From assembly GCA_977030845.1 (NCBI GenBank), contig OZ365109.1, forward strand, positions 32,984,001-33,048,000: a stretch of 64,000 bases of DNA. Direction: 5' to 3'. The position numbers and the translations under genes are program-made. Origin of the DNA: Fimbriosthenelais zetlandica. Lineage: Eukaryota. Each line of letters opens with the position of its first letter. The first letter of the stretch is position 1. Below the pieces are notes generated by a model. The model had not been told where the DNA came from. It saw only the letters and a list, made by a program, of their open reading frames with translations, and made no database searches. Of this stretch, positions 11,360 to 22,903 are shown one piece after another.

Positions 11360-13346
11360 TCATATTCCAGTTTCATGATTTGATACTTTATTTACACAAT
11401 GGCCACACAACATGAGCTTCAGTTCCTGTCTGAAGAGGGAGCCACTTATGCCATAGAGAAGAAACCATGATAGGCATTGGTGAAGAGAATGAAACCAAAA
11501 CTGTTGACACCTAACATGATATGGATGCCCTTGTTGTCCAGTACAGTATAGCCAAGCTTCTTCCTCCTCCTTCTGAAAAGTGTAATAAACAAGGTAGTAT
11601 TTGATATCAAGATAATGATGGAAGGAACCACTGCGTATATGACAGCATGAACTTCAGGTAGTGGATAGGTGTCACCAGGTTTGGGGTCCAGTATAGTAGC
11701 ATGTACTAGCAATATATATATACTTTTTTTGTACTTGCCCTGGGTTGCCTGTGAGAAAGTATGCATTTATAAGTGATAGTTGAGTTAGAAGGAGGGAAGT
11801 CATATTATGTGTAAGTAGGGAATTGAGTAGGCGTAAGTTTGTAGACTACAGGCACCCTTAGTAAGGGCCTTACTGCTGCTTTCATGTTGTGTAGTTATTG
11901 GGGTGACAACGTGATAAATGTGTGTTTGTGCGTGCAGTGCACACCCGATTATGAAGGTGAAGAAAACATTACATATGCTGTCCTCTGTACGGTCTGCCAC
12001 TTCCGTTGCGCCTATGGCTACACTCCAGGGCAGACCTTAATTGTTGTTTGGTAGGGAATGAGTAGGCCTACCATAAGGTACAATGATATGCTACAGCTAT
12101 GCTATGACTGTCGATTTGTCATCCTCTTCATTGTGGTCCTGGCAGGGACAGAGACACTGAGACACAGACATACTTTGAATGTGGGCCTGTAGTGGTAGGA
12201 AACACGGTCGATAAGGGGGGGGGGAGGGAAGGACAGACAGACAGAGCAAGTGGGGAAGACAGAGCAAGTGGGAGAGACGCAGATGTAGTGTGTGTGTGAG
12301 GGAGAGTAAGGACCAAGGCAGATGTAAACACAAGCAGGCAGGCGAGCGATAATATAAGGAAAACCAATGCCGGTGCCAGCAGAGAATGTAGAGAGGAGAG
12401 AGACAGAGAGAGACAGCCGGAGAGGGAGATGGTTAGAATATTGTTAAGAATATTCTGAAAATCCTAGAAAAGAAGTGTAGCCTACCTACCCTGTTCAAGG
12501 GTGGTGCAAGAGCATAGCCATATGTAGACTGTAGTATAGGTCATAGCTGTTGTGTGAAGAACAATAACAATGAGTGATCACGTGCATTCATTCTGATGGC
12601 TGATTGGCTGGCAGGGGTTTTTTCAAGTTTTCACCCTTTATTGGACGGAAATAACATATCAATGCCTGGGAATTATGACGTAGAATTACTTCATGTATAA
12701 GTCACACGTTGTGAAAAGACCTTTTCTGTTGACAAAAAGAAAGGCGAGGTGGTGTTTACTGCGTTATGGGAAGATGCGGATGACAATGAGTAGGGGGCGC
12801 TGTAGTCACCTTATAGAAATAGCTACTGTGTAGCTTCTTCGACGCTACAATAGATGGCGCCGCCTCGTCCAGAATCAGGGCCGTGACAGTAGCCAAAGCT
12901 GATGCCACTATGATACAAACCCCAATGAAGAAAGTCTTTCTTTTGATGAAAATAATTTTAACGTACAAAGGTGAGAGAACTGAAATAAGTCTTTCCCAAC
13001 TGAGCAAAACAATCATCCAAGCACTGGAAGTAGTGAATACTAGAATGAGCCATGTTCCCACGTAGTTTAGCCTGCCTTCTTCAATTGTCTTTGGGTCAGG
13101 AGCAACGGTATATGAATGATATAGTGAAATGATATTATACACTATAAGTATCAGGTTATCCAGAACAGCCAACATGCGCAATGATACAGAATAACTTTGT
13201 TTCGAGAACACATCCCGGCTGAAGACAAAGTAGGACAGGGTGTTTCCAATGATGCCCAACACCGAACAACCGATTCTTGTCGATTCAGTCCATGTGAGGG
13301 CGAATTCCTCTACGTCAGTAGAATTGACTCCCTCAGTAAAATTCAT
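11360..13346 (-). pseudogene. Disrupted paralog of the class A GPCR at 19599-20492
   Basis: ATG at 13346; near-identical to the intact copy through VTALILD. Interrupted by a 1175-bp insertion (11692-12866). The TM6-TM7 segment (95 nt in copy B) is replaced by 7 nt (CCATGAT), causing a frameshift and a stop at 11446. Confidence 0.9.
11692..12866. mobile_element. 1175-bp insertion of unknown class with 6-bp TSD GTCCAG
   Basis: GTCCAG at 11686-11691 and 12867-12872. The intact paralog has a single GTCCAG (GGGGTCCAGAATC). No TIRs, no TG..CA ends, no protein-like ORF. Confidence 0.85.
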
Positions 13347-13924
13347 GATCAACTTTGGTAGTTGCCTTGAAACAATCACTTTTAAACATAAATGATTGCC
13401 CTTCGCTAATCCTATTTCAAATTGCAATGCCCCATGCAGATAGCCTAGCTCTTGTTCCGTATGATTATTGTGGATAATAATATGTACCATTCTTTAGGTT
13501 CCTGTTCATGCCTGCTTCTAAGTTCAACTTATGAAATGTATATCAATTCTGATATCCGAATTCTAATTTAAATCTTGTTCTTTTGTATTATGTACATCCT
13601 ATTACAGTGACAAAATAACAAAAATCCCCAAAGTGAATTGTTATTTTACACATGTACATTCCTATCTAATAGCATATGGAAGTTCAAATGATTTAAACTT
13701 AACCCTGATATGCATATCAGGGTTATCTACCCAATTTACTATTAGCACGGAGAAAAACCATAATTTCTAGGTCCTCATTTGTTTCTTTGATTATTTTCAT
13801 TGCATAATTAAAAAATAATTTTAATTATTATCGGTTTTTCAAAGAGACTCAGTTTTCCAAAAAGGTTCAAGTTTCTCAAAGAGTCTTTGTTGCTTCTCCA
13901 TACTAATAAATAGATTGTAAAAGA

Positions 13925-14160
13925 CCAGCCATGTCCCAACTGTCTGTGGTTACAGGCATGGAAATGGCCAACCATGTCTCCCACTGTCTGTGGTTAGAGG
14001 CATGGAAAAGGCCAACCATGTCTCCCACTGTCTGTGGTTAGAGGCATGGAAATGGCCAACCATGTCTCCCACTGTCGGTGCTGAGAGGCATATGATAGGC
14101 CAGCCATGTCCCCACTGTCTGTGACTGAAAGCCAGCCATATTTCCCAGTGTCTGTGGTAA
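13925..14160 (-). repeat. About 41-bp minisatellite, about 6 units, reverse-complement relative of the 302-905 array
   Basis: Unit CCAACCATGTCTCCCACTGTCTGTGGTTAGAGGCATGGAAAGG. Its reverse complement closely matches TTTACATGCCTC..CAGACAGTGGGA.ACATGGTTG.CC. Only about 2 units at the paralogous site 21117-21190. Confidence 0.85.
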
Positions 14161-14708
14161 GAGGGAATGTTCAGCCTTTGCAAAAGTACCCGTTTCCTGA
14201 TAGAACCCTAGCCTCATCTTGAACATTACTATTGGCTCTGCTCTAGCTGAGCTGACACATCGAAGGCTTCCCACTCGCAAACGCTAATAGTAATACCCCA
14301 ATCACAGTGAGTTAGAATCAGCAGGAATCAAGCAGAACTAAAATTCCTGCTACAATTGAGAAGGCCTTTTAAAAAGACAAAAATTTGCAATGCAAGTCTA
14401 CCTAAAAAGACATCACACTAGAGTAGGAATGAGCCAGAATGGCCTCTCAATGAAGGTTCTTTCTATATTCCTGGATATTCAAATTGCATTTTACAGATTC
14501 CAACTGCATTCTGATGGATTCCAAATGGATTCTGAATGTTTCGACCAATTCCTGGGGCCATTTGGAAAGTTTTGGTCATGTTCAAAACTTTCCAACTGCA
14601 TTCTTACGGCAGAAATATCGAACTGCATTCGAAATAATTCTAAATGCACTCTGAAACACACCTGGAATGATTCTTCCACCTTCTAGAATCCAGGCTGGAA
14701 TTCCCTAA

Positions 14709-16606
14709 TGCCTAGTTTACACTTGGTCACTTTGGCCACGTTCTCCACGTTTGTTTGAAACGTACTGGAACCGGGAAATCTTCCTTATTTGTGAATTCAG
14801 AATATTTTCTTTTACCGTTTGATTAGGTTGTGTTGGGATCTCTGAGGGTGATCGGATCAGATCAACTGTAAGAATCGGGTTCCTGAGTCCAGGTGACTCA
14901 AGAACCATAAAGGTTAGATCAGGATGCCAAAATGTTTTGTCCAGTTCCTGCAAGATGCTACCAGTTCCCTCACATTAGTCAATTTTTGTTAAAGTTCCCC
15001 CAAGTTTCTCAAGTCATAATAAGATATAACAAGGCTTCCAATAGATGAACGTGGGAAAAACAGGGCTCAGGGCAAGTTTTGAACACGTTTGGACCGCGTT
15101 TAAAAGGTCGGATATAAAAAGGATGCAGGACAAACACTTCTCATGATACATTTACACTTGTCCACGTTGTCCACGTTACGCATGTTTGCTTGAAACGGGG
15201 TCAAAACGTAGTAAAGTTAAGAGAACCTTAGGCGACGTGATGGGACTGGTAGGGGTAATGTGATATACCTTGAACGCCTGGATGAACGTGAAATTTTTTT
15301 TGCCTGGCAAAAATTTTGCCACGATCGCCACGTTTGAAAATGAATTTCTTGGGATTTGTTAGAACGGGTTGAATGTGACAGAACCGATTAGAGTGTAACA
15401 GGACTTAACAAAACTTCTTTGCTTCCCTAGCGGAACTTGAAACACTGACATTGGAGGTTCTGCTAGCGGCTTGAAAAAGTATGATGATACAAATAAAATA
15501 AAGTACGTAATATTACAAAGGTAGACATGTTGTGTCTGACAAAAATTGTTAATCAAAGACATAATTCAGTCTGGGCCAGGTCAGTATTTGGTGAGGTGAA
15601 TACGCGAGGAATTAAGGGGGGATGGGGAGAGGGATCACCTTGTGCTAGAGAAATATTCAGCATAATTTCCGACAACAAATTTTAATTTTGTCAATTTATT
15701 ATTTGTCTTCACCTTTCATACACATAAAGAATTATTTGCATTTTTAAGCGATATCTAAAGTGAAATCGATTTTAAATACTTTGTTTATAGTATTGTTATG
15801 AGATTATCATTTTACAAATTATTTAATATTAGATATAGGAAACGTAGCCATCTGAGTTATACATGTAGAAGGATGTGGTCTAAATTGGTAGGAAAAGTAA
15901 GAGTTATATAAGACCTAAAATGCGTATAATTGACAAGAATATCACAATTAGTTTCGATGTACATGTTTGGATGTAAAAATCAACCCATTATAAAAAATTA
16001 ATATGATTTCTCCCCACCTCTACCCCAACCCCCCTACCCCTCCTAATCAAATGTTTCCAGTTCCACTAAACAAGCCACCAAAGTTTTCTGAAGTCGTGTT
16101 AGGTTATTTTAAGTTCTGTCACGTTCAAAATGGAATGAAACGTGACTGCCGTGAAGGCCTTATATGGTCCCTCTCAGACCCTGGGAGATGACTAAAACTA
16201 TTACAGCGTGACAGACCGGCAAGCACACCATATCAAACCTTGATAGGCCCTGGCAGAAAGCCAGATCAACGTTGGGACCTTGCTAATAATGTACCCAAAC
16301 TTGGTAGAACTTGGAATCAAATGTTTCCAGTTCCACTAAACAAGCCCCAAAGTTTTCTGAAGTTGTGTTAGGTTATTTTAAGTTCTGTCACATTTAAACC
16401 GTTCTATTAAGGCCTATACTCGCTTTCTTGTTTCAAACGGGAAGATCGTGGCCACATTTTTGACATTCAAACATTTGTCAAAAGCAGCTCTGCACATCAA
16501 GGTCTGTCAGGTTATCCCTTCCCTTCCCCTCAAGTTCCCTCAAATTCATCCCGTTTCAGACAAACGTGAACAACGTGGCCAACGGGCCCTTAGTGTAAAC
16601 CAGGCA
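14709..16606. mobile_element. Nested 1.9-kb Harbinger-like non-autonomous element
   Basis: Imperfect about 45-bp TIRs TGCCTAGTTTACACTTGG..GGCCACGTTCTCCACGTTTG / CAAACGTGAACAACGTGGCC..AGTGTAAACCAGGCA. Recurrent CCACGTT motifs. Internal about 80-bp direct repeat at about 16048 and 16317. Flanks are TAA and TTA, so the TSD is imperfect. Confidence 0.7.
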
Positions 16607-17147
16607 TTAGAATGCAGTAAGAATGTTTAGAATGCACTTAAAATGTCATACAAGTCTGGCTTGATAGCTGCTCGAGTCCCACCTGATGTCTGGTTCGAAG
16701 GAGCCTCAGATGATGCCACCTAGAAGCGAGGGAGAATGCTCCTGGAATATTGTTTGATCATCCAAGAATTATAACCGAATGCAGCTCGACTATCAACAGT
16801 TTAAGTTACTGAAAGCAGTCAATTTATGTTATTGTATCCAAATTTCACCCAAATCTGATCAGAGTTAAGAGAAAATTGTGCTTTTGCTACTTGCAATGTT
16901 TATGAACATTGTTACAGCTTTGGTTTTAGAAAAAACTTATATTTCTAGATACATTTGTTGGTAATCTCAGCTTGCTCTTGTATTCACATGTTTTATTGAG
17001 ATCTTTTACACAATTCGTTCAAGCCCATCTTTTCACCTTAAAACGAAAAATCAAAAAAGACACCCTGCAATAAATTCACCACCATTTATTTTGGGGTGGA
17101 AAGAAAAACATATCGTAAAATAGTAATTTTATTGACATTTTTAATTA

Positions 17148-18018
17148 GAATAGAGGCAATTCCAGATAGCATAAATCGACGGCCGCGCTATGATGCGGTT
17201 AAGTGTGAACTATTTCCAGGAGTCATACCTACTTCCGGTATGGGTATTGGCCCATAGGGAGTTAACGGTGAGAAAATGGTGTTCATTTGTCAGCCGGCAG
17301 AATGCCGCTCAGATTCAAGGAAAAGTCTTTCTACATATCCCTTTATGAAAGGGGTAACTTGGGTCAAGTTTCCAAGGGGAAGTACTCCCATAAATAGGTG
17401 GAAAAGGCTGCTGAGGAGGGCAGATAAAATGAGCTTATTTCGGTGCTCATGGGTATGTTCTCGCCATTTTGATAGTGAGAACATTGATAGAAAAGGATAT
17501 TCCTCAACTGACCCGAAATATTTTGCATGGAACAATTGGGGAAAGACTGAGAATCCGCGCAAAACATCATCCTGTGATGAATTAGATTGTGGACATAAGA
17601 ACTCCTTCATTTCATTGTGTGAAAGTAATGATGTTCAGGTGGGCGACAATGAGGAGGTAGCCATGTTGTTTACACCCGAATCAACATCACAAGTTTCTAA
17701 ATCATCATACATGTACATTCAACTTTTTGCAAGAGATCAACCATATCTCTTTAAATTTGCGCGTGCTGGTGGCTGGTATGCCATTCTTTTTCAGTTTGTC
17801 TTTCAATAAATTTACACTGATTTCCTGTATTTCTAAAATGTTGTTTACATCGGTTACCTCGCACTGACGACCCGCCTACTACCAGATATCCCAGAATGCA
17901 CTCGGGCCGGAAGAGCATACAACTCCATTTCTGTCTCTGTGGTGGCCCGCAGTTGCGCCATTTGGCGGGTAGCGGAAAGTGGAGGAACTAAAATTGCTAT
18001 CTGGAATTGCCTCTATTC
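17148..18018 (+). mobile_element. 871-bp TIR element carrying a THAP-domain ORF
   Basis: Perfect 24-bp inverted repeat GAATAGAGGCAATTCCAGATAGCA (17148-17171) / TGCTATCTGGAATTGCCTCTATTC (17995-18018). No TSD found. Confidence 0.85.
17276..17809 (+). CDS. THAP (C2CH zinc finger) domain ORF, 177 aa, without a transposase catalytic domain
   Basis: MVFICQPAEC...KFP...RW...WVCSRHF matches the THAP signature C-x4-C...FP...W...CSxHF. ETS-like ACTTCCGG and CCAAT-like ATTGG just upstream. The part after about residue 130 may be non-coding. Confidence 0.75.
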   Translation: MVFICQPAECRSDSRKSLSTYPFMKGVTWVKFPRGSTPINRWKRLLRRADKMSLFRCSWVCSRHFDSENIDRKGYSSTDPKYFAWNNWGKTENPRKTSSCDELDCGHKNSFISLCESNDVQVGDNEEVAMLFTPESTSQVSKSSYMYIQLFARDQPYLFKFARAGGWYAILFQFVFQ

Positions 18019-19598
18019 CCTTCAGAATTTCCCTTGAATATGATTAGAATGTTTGAATGTTGTTGGAATGCCATAAGACTATTTCAAATGAATTCAGAGT
18101 TCATTTAGAATGCACTCCGAATGTCATTCAATATTTCTCCACATGAATTCAACTGGAAAGTTTTGAACATGAGCAAAACGCTTGAGCTGGGCCAAGAATG
18201 GGTCAGAATATTTGGAATCCACTCAGAATGCAGTTGGAATCTTTAGAAAGAAAATCGAATATCCAGGAATTAGAAAAGGATTTTCATTCCAACGGCATTC
18301 CGCCCCTGGTGTGATTGGGGTATAACTGTTATTTTTGTCCGTCCTCTCCAATGTTATTTAGGGGTTATTATACGAGAGCTTTTTCCTGAGTTTTTTTGGG
18401 TCGTGATAACAGCCGACGCGAAACGAAGGCTGTTAACCCCGTTGATACACGACACTATCACTTGCCACTCTATAAATTAGGGATTAATGACCAAGGCTTG
18501 GTTGGCGAGGCAGGTTAAAGAAAAGCAATGACTGAGGGCCTTCACCTGGATTTTCACCAAACATCCAGGATTACATTTTTTTTATTAACCTAATTTATTC
18601 AGAAGGTGTCAAATACAGGGATTACAGTTTGAGGCATGCATGCATGATATTGAGAACAAATGAAAAAATGTAAATAATTATACATTTAAAAAGCTAATTA
18701 ATTTCCTGTGAAACTATAGACAACTAGCTCATTCGGGCCCAGACCCGGTCTTCCATGGGCTTCCTGAGTAATAAAGTGACATGCAATGAGTAAATTTTCT
18801 CCTTGAAAGCACAAACATATTTACATAATTTCGGAAGATGGAGGATTCCAAGGCCATTTTAGGGCAAATAATTTATATGGCATATTATATTATTTTGAAC
18901 AAAACGCGCCAGTTGCACCGACATGAGTTTATTAATTTGCCTATCAACCAGTATAAATGATGATACCAATTAGGAGATCCCCTAAAAGTGCCTCCAAGGA
19001 GTTTAATGGAACATATTTTCCGAACATTTATTTACAAAATATGGTTGCATTGTTATACGAATTGGGAAATTCATATGGTACCACGATGACTCCCAATAGG
19101 AATCTGTTTGTATTAGTCCTACAGTTTTGCTGTTGAACTGGCGCCGACGCCATTGTTTTAAAAGCTGATAAAATATTCAATATAGTTTTGTATTTGGTCC
19201 TATTTGTGATAAGAGACTTGTTAAAGGTAACTGCTTGATTGGTATTTTAACTCTGTGTTGAGAGTCATTTAATGGGCAAGCAATGTCTCCCACTTTTCTG
19301 TTGAGAATTGAGAACGTCTAGAAAACCAGGCCCGTGTTCTTATGACCAGTATATGCTTCAATCGTCATATCAATCTGGCTATTATATGGTATATATATCT
19401 ACTTTAGGCATTTTGAATATTCTAACTAGAATCCTGCCTGACATTAATGAATGAATGAATGAATGAATGGTACTGACATTTTCGAATGGTCTGTGAGCCT
19501 ATATCTATAGCGATTCATTTGTTGAATAAATATGTTGAATAAAAAAATTAATGAATGAATAATTGAAAGAATGGCTAAGTTTTCAGTGGGAAGTTAGT

Positions 19599-20492
19599 TC
19601 ATATTCCACTTTCATGATTTGACACTTTATTTACACAACGGCCACACAGCATGAGCTTCAATTCCTGTCTGAAGAGGGAGCCACTTATGCCATAGAGAAG
19701 AAAATTAATTATATGATTGAGCCCTGTGAAGAGGAGCAACAGGCTCCTAGCGTTAAGGTCTATCTGTTCTTTGTTCATGGTCAGTTCATATAGTGGGAAG
19801 GCATTGGTGAAGAGAATGAAACCAAAACTGTTGACACCTAACATGATATGGATGCCCCTGTTGTCCAGTACAGTATTGCCAAGCTTCTTCCTCGTCCTTC
19901 TGATGAGTGTAATAACCATGGTAGCATTTAATATCAAGATAATGATGGAAGGAACCACTGCGTATATGACAGCATGAACTTCAGGTAGTGGATAGCTGTC
20001 ACCAGGTTTGGGGTCCAGAATCAGGGCCGTGACAGTAGCCAAAGCTGATGCCACTATGATACAAACCCCAATGAAGAAAGTCTTTCTTTTGGTGAAAATA
20101 ATTTTAACGTATAAAGGTAAGAGAACTGAAATAAGTCTTTCCCAACTGAGCAAAACAATCATCCAAGCACTGGAAGTAGTGAATACTAGAATGAGCCATG
20201 TTCCCACGTAGTTTAGCCTGCCTTCTTCAACTGTCTTTGGGTCAGGAGCAACGGTATATGAATGATATAGTGAGATGATATTATACACTATAAGTATCAG
20301 GTTATCCAGAACAGCCAACATGCGCAATGATACAGAATAACTTTGTTTCGAGAACACATCCCGGCTGAAGACAAAGTAGGACAGGGTGTTTCCAATGATG
20401 CCCAACACCGAACAACCGATTCTTGTCGATTCAGTCCATGTGAGGGCAAATTCCTCTATGTCAGTAGAATTGACTCCCTCGGTAAAATTCAT
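19599..20492 (-). CDS. Intronless class A (rhodopsin-like) peptide-receptor-like GPCR, 297 aa from MNFTEG
   Basis: N-terminal N-glycosylation sequons (NFT, NST). TM1 GIIGN, TM2 LAVLD, TM3 SWERL (E/DRY variant), TM5 VVPSIIILILN, TM7 NFLLY followed by FRQEL. The ORF extends 66 codons further upstream (to 20690), but ATG 20492 fits the receptor N-terminus. Confidence 0.9.
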   Translation of the reverse strand: MNFTEGVNSTDIEEFALTWTESTRIGCSVLGIIGNTLSYFVFSRDVFSKQSYSVSLRMLAVLDNLILIVYNIISLYHSYTVAPDPKTVEEGRLNYVGTWLILVFTTSSAWMIVLLSWERLISVLLPLYVKIIFTKRKTFFIGVCIIVASALATVTALILDPKPGDSYPLPEVHAVIYAVVPSIIILILNATMVITLIRRTRKKLGNTVLDNRGIHIMLGVNSFGFILFTNAFPLYELTMNKEQIDLNARSLLLLFTGLNHIINFLLYGISGSLFRQELKLMLCGRCVNKVSNHESGI

Positions 20493-22167
20493 GATCAACT
20501 TTGGTAGTTGCCTTGAAAAAATCACGTTTGAACATAAATGATTGCCCTTCGCTAATCCTATTTCAAATTGCAATGCCCCATGCAGATAGCTCTTGTTCCG
20601 TAAGATTATTGGGGATAATAATATGTACCGTTCTTTAGGTTCCTGTTCCTGCTTCCAAGTTCCACTTGTGAAATGTATCAATTCCGACATCCGAATTCTG
20701 ATTTAAATCTTGTTCTTTGGTATTATGTAAATCCTATTACAGTGGTGACAAAATTACAGAAATTCCCAAAAGATTTGGCGTCATGACCAATAATGTGCTA
20801 TAATTGTTAGTTTGCATATGTATGCACTAATTCCTATCCATGACTAGCTCATATGGCAGTTCAAATGATGTAAATTATTAACTTAACCCTGATATGTGAT
20901 CTATACCCTAATTTACTATTAGCACGGAGGAACAAATCATTACTTGGTCTTTAATTGTGTATTTGATTATTTCCATTGCATAATGATTAGCCTTTTGCCC
21001 TATATTTGAGGTACAATAGCAGGTTCAGTTTCCCACAGAGATTCAGTTTTCCAACATGGTTCAAGTTTCTCAAAGACCTTTGTTGCTTCTCCATACTAAT
21101 AAAGAGCTTGTAAAAGGCCAGCCATGTCCCCACTGTTTGTGGTTTAATAGAGGCATACAAAAGGGCAGCCTTGTCTCCCAATGTCTGTGCTTAGAAGTTA
21201 TAGCCTCATCTTGAAAATCCTAGATCCGTCAGTGACATTATAGTTATATTTGACGATTCATACTATTGGCTCTGCTCTAGTTGTGCTGACACACCTGTTA
21301 TTTTTGTCTGTCCTCTCCACTGTTAATATTCACGACTCTCAAAAACTGCAATCTGTCACATATTAGTAACTATTGGGATATTTCTAGACCTGTTAGTAAC
21401 TGTTGGGATTATTTTGACCATTATACAACCTGCCTTTTGTATCTTTGTTAATACTGCCCAGTTCCATTCCTGGCTCCCCAAAACTCATATTAGCTTTGCT
21501 TTTCATAATCCATGTGTAAAATATATATACATATATTATTATAGGCAAATAGTATATTATGGCAAATATTATAGGCATAATGGATTTTCACCAGGATCAT
21601 ATTATCCTGCAGGGTCCTGTTTCGTAACCATAGGTTACAGCATTGTTATGAAATAACTTCCTGGATCATATTATGGATATTATGTCCTTCATATTGGAAT
21701 ACAAAATAGATTTGTTGATTCCAGAATGTTCCAAGGTCATTAATTTTATGGCATAGAATTTAATGGCATATTATTTTTTTTACAAAGACGAGCCTTAAAA
21801 ATATCCACTGGGGACTACAGTCCCAGAATTATTCACGTCTATCGATAATACAAACTGCACAATTTTATATAGGCCGTTACCATGGTAAATATTTCCATGG
21901 AAGGCAAGAATATAATAATATGCAAACAAATTCTTGGTCTTATTATAAAGACACTTTTCACCAGAAATGAGCTCATTCCGGCAGTAATTTATTTCTGTTG
22001 CGCCCAATAAATTCTAGTAAATGTTCTGTTTTGAGGTCATTTTGATGATTCAACCTTGAAATGACCTTGAAACATTCTATTTTTGATTCCAAGATGAAGG
22101 ACATACAAATCCAGTAAGCCGGTAAGAAAAAAAAACCGGTCTCTGTTTCTTACAATGGTTTCTGACA

Positions 22168-22425
22168 CTGGCTGTATCCACTATCGTTTTTGTCATCCTA
22201 ATTATTAACGACCTGAAACGAATTATAATTGTCGTTTTACCAGGTGAATTTTCAGATGGGGTCAGATCCACATTCGTCTACTCTCATCCGACGTTTTGCT
22301 TTATACGGCTAGCACTGGAATTCGCATGTAAACCTTTTTTTATTTCTGTCCGAATATATCACTTTTTCGCGCAAGACGTCGCTAGACAAATTCGGATGAA
22401 AAAAAACGATAGTGCATACAGCCAG
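22168..22425. mobile_element. About 260-bp MITE with CTGGCTGTATCCACTATCGTTTTT / AAAAACGATAGTGCATACAGCCAG TIRs
   Basis: 24-bp TIR with one mismatch; inner CATCC/GGATG subterminal symmetry. Confidence 0.8.
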
Positions 22426-22903
22426 ACTTTCTCATAAATCTTTAGTGGAGGTAATCTGACACCACAAGAGAAGAGAAACATACTTTGTGTTAATGACGTC
22501 TGACGCGATATATGGTCAGGCCTATACTCCTTTTGTCAGGAGCTAACCACATGGATCTAATAGACTAGGCCTACTCTTTTTATGGGCGGTTCATAAGATG
22601 GTGTACACTCACTGGCAAAACTGCTAAAAAGATTTATAGAGCATGAATAGTGCATCAAAAATTGCAACTTAGTCAATGATGAGAAAATTACACTAGAACA
22701 CATACACTAGAACATGCTCTGCTAGAACACAACTAGAATCACATACACTAGAACAGGATATAGTCTATAGAACTTAATTTTTATAGGAGAATTCGGTGTG
22801 AACCAAGATATCGTATCATTCATTACTGAGTTAGCACGCCAGATTATAAAGATGGCAACTCAGAGCAATGATTAATGTGGCCGAGAGTCGGCCGTCTGTA
22901 AAG

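Larger units (their letters stand above)
14294..18322. mobile_element. 4-kb composite non-autonomous TIR DNA element, PIF/Harbinger-like
   Basis: 13-bp TIR TACCCCAATCACA (14294-14306) / TGTGATTGGGGTA (18310-18322), flanked by TAA on both sides (14291-14293, 18323-18325). About 300-bp diverged GAATGC/GATTCC-rich subterminal inverted repeats (about 14410-14700 versus 18020-18310). Homology to duplicate copy B resumes right after it. Confidence 0.75.
10905..21325. repeat. Tandem segmental duplication of the GPCR locus: copy A about 10905-18360 (with insertions), copy B about 19013-21325
   Basis: Collinear homology from CATATTTT.C.AACATTTATT..GCATTGTTATACGAATTGG (about 10905/19013), through the GPCR and TATTGGCTCTGCTCTAG (14231/21264), to CTGTTATTTTTGTC.GTCCTCTCCA (18326/21294). 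Confidence 0.92.

Noticed and set aside
12097-12367. Signal-peptide-like ORF MVFLILSLACLLVFTSA...
   Set aside because: It is the reverse complement of a GA-rich tract inside the insertion, with no splice or homology support.
11692-12866. The insertion as a spliceable intron rescuing GPCR copy A
   Set aside because: The ends are not GT/AG. The nearest internal donor (AAG|GTGACT, phase 0) and acceptor (CTAG|TA, phase 1) are out of phase, and the downstream frameshift would remain.
20493-20690. 66-codon in-frame extension upstream of the GPCR ATG
   Set aside because: It has no signal-peptide or receptor features and diverges from copy A at its 5' end. MNFTEG with two sequons is the better start.
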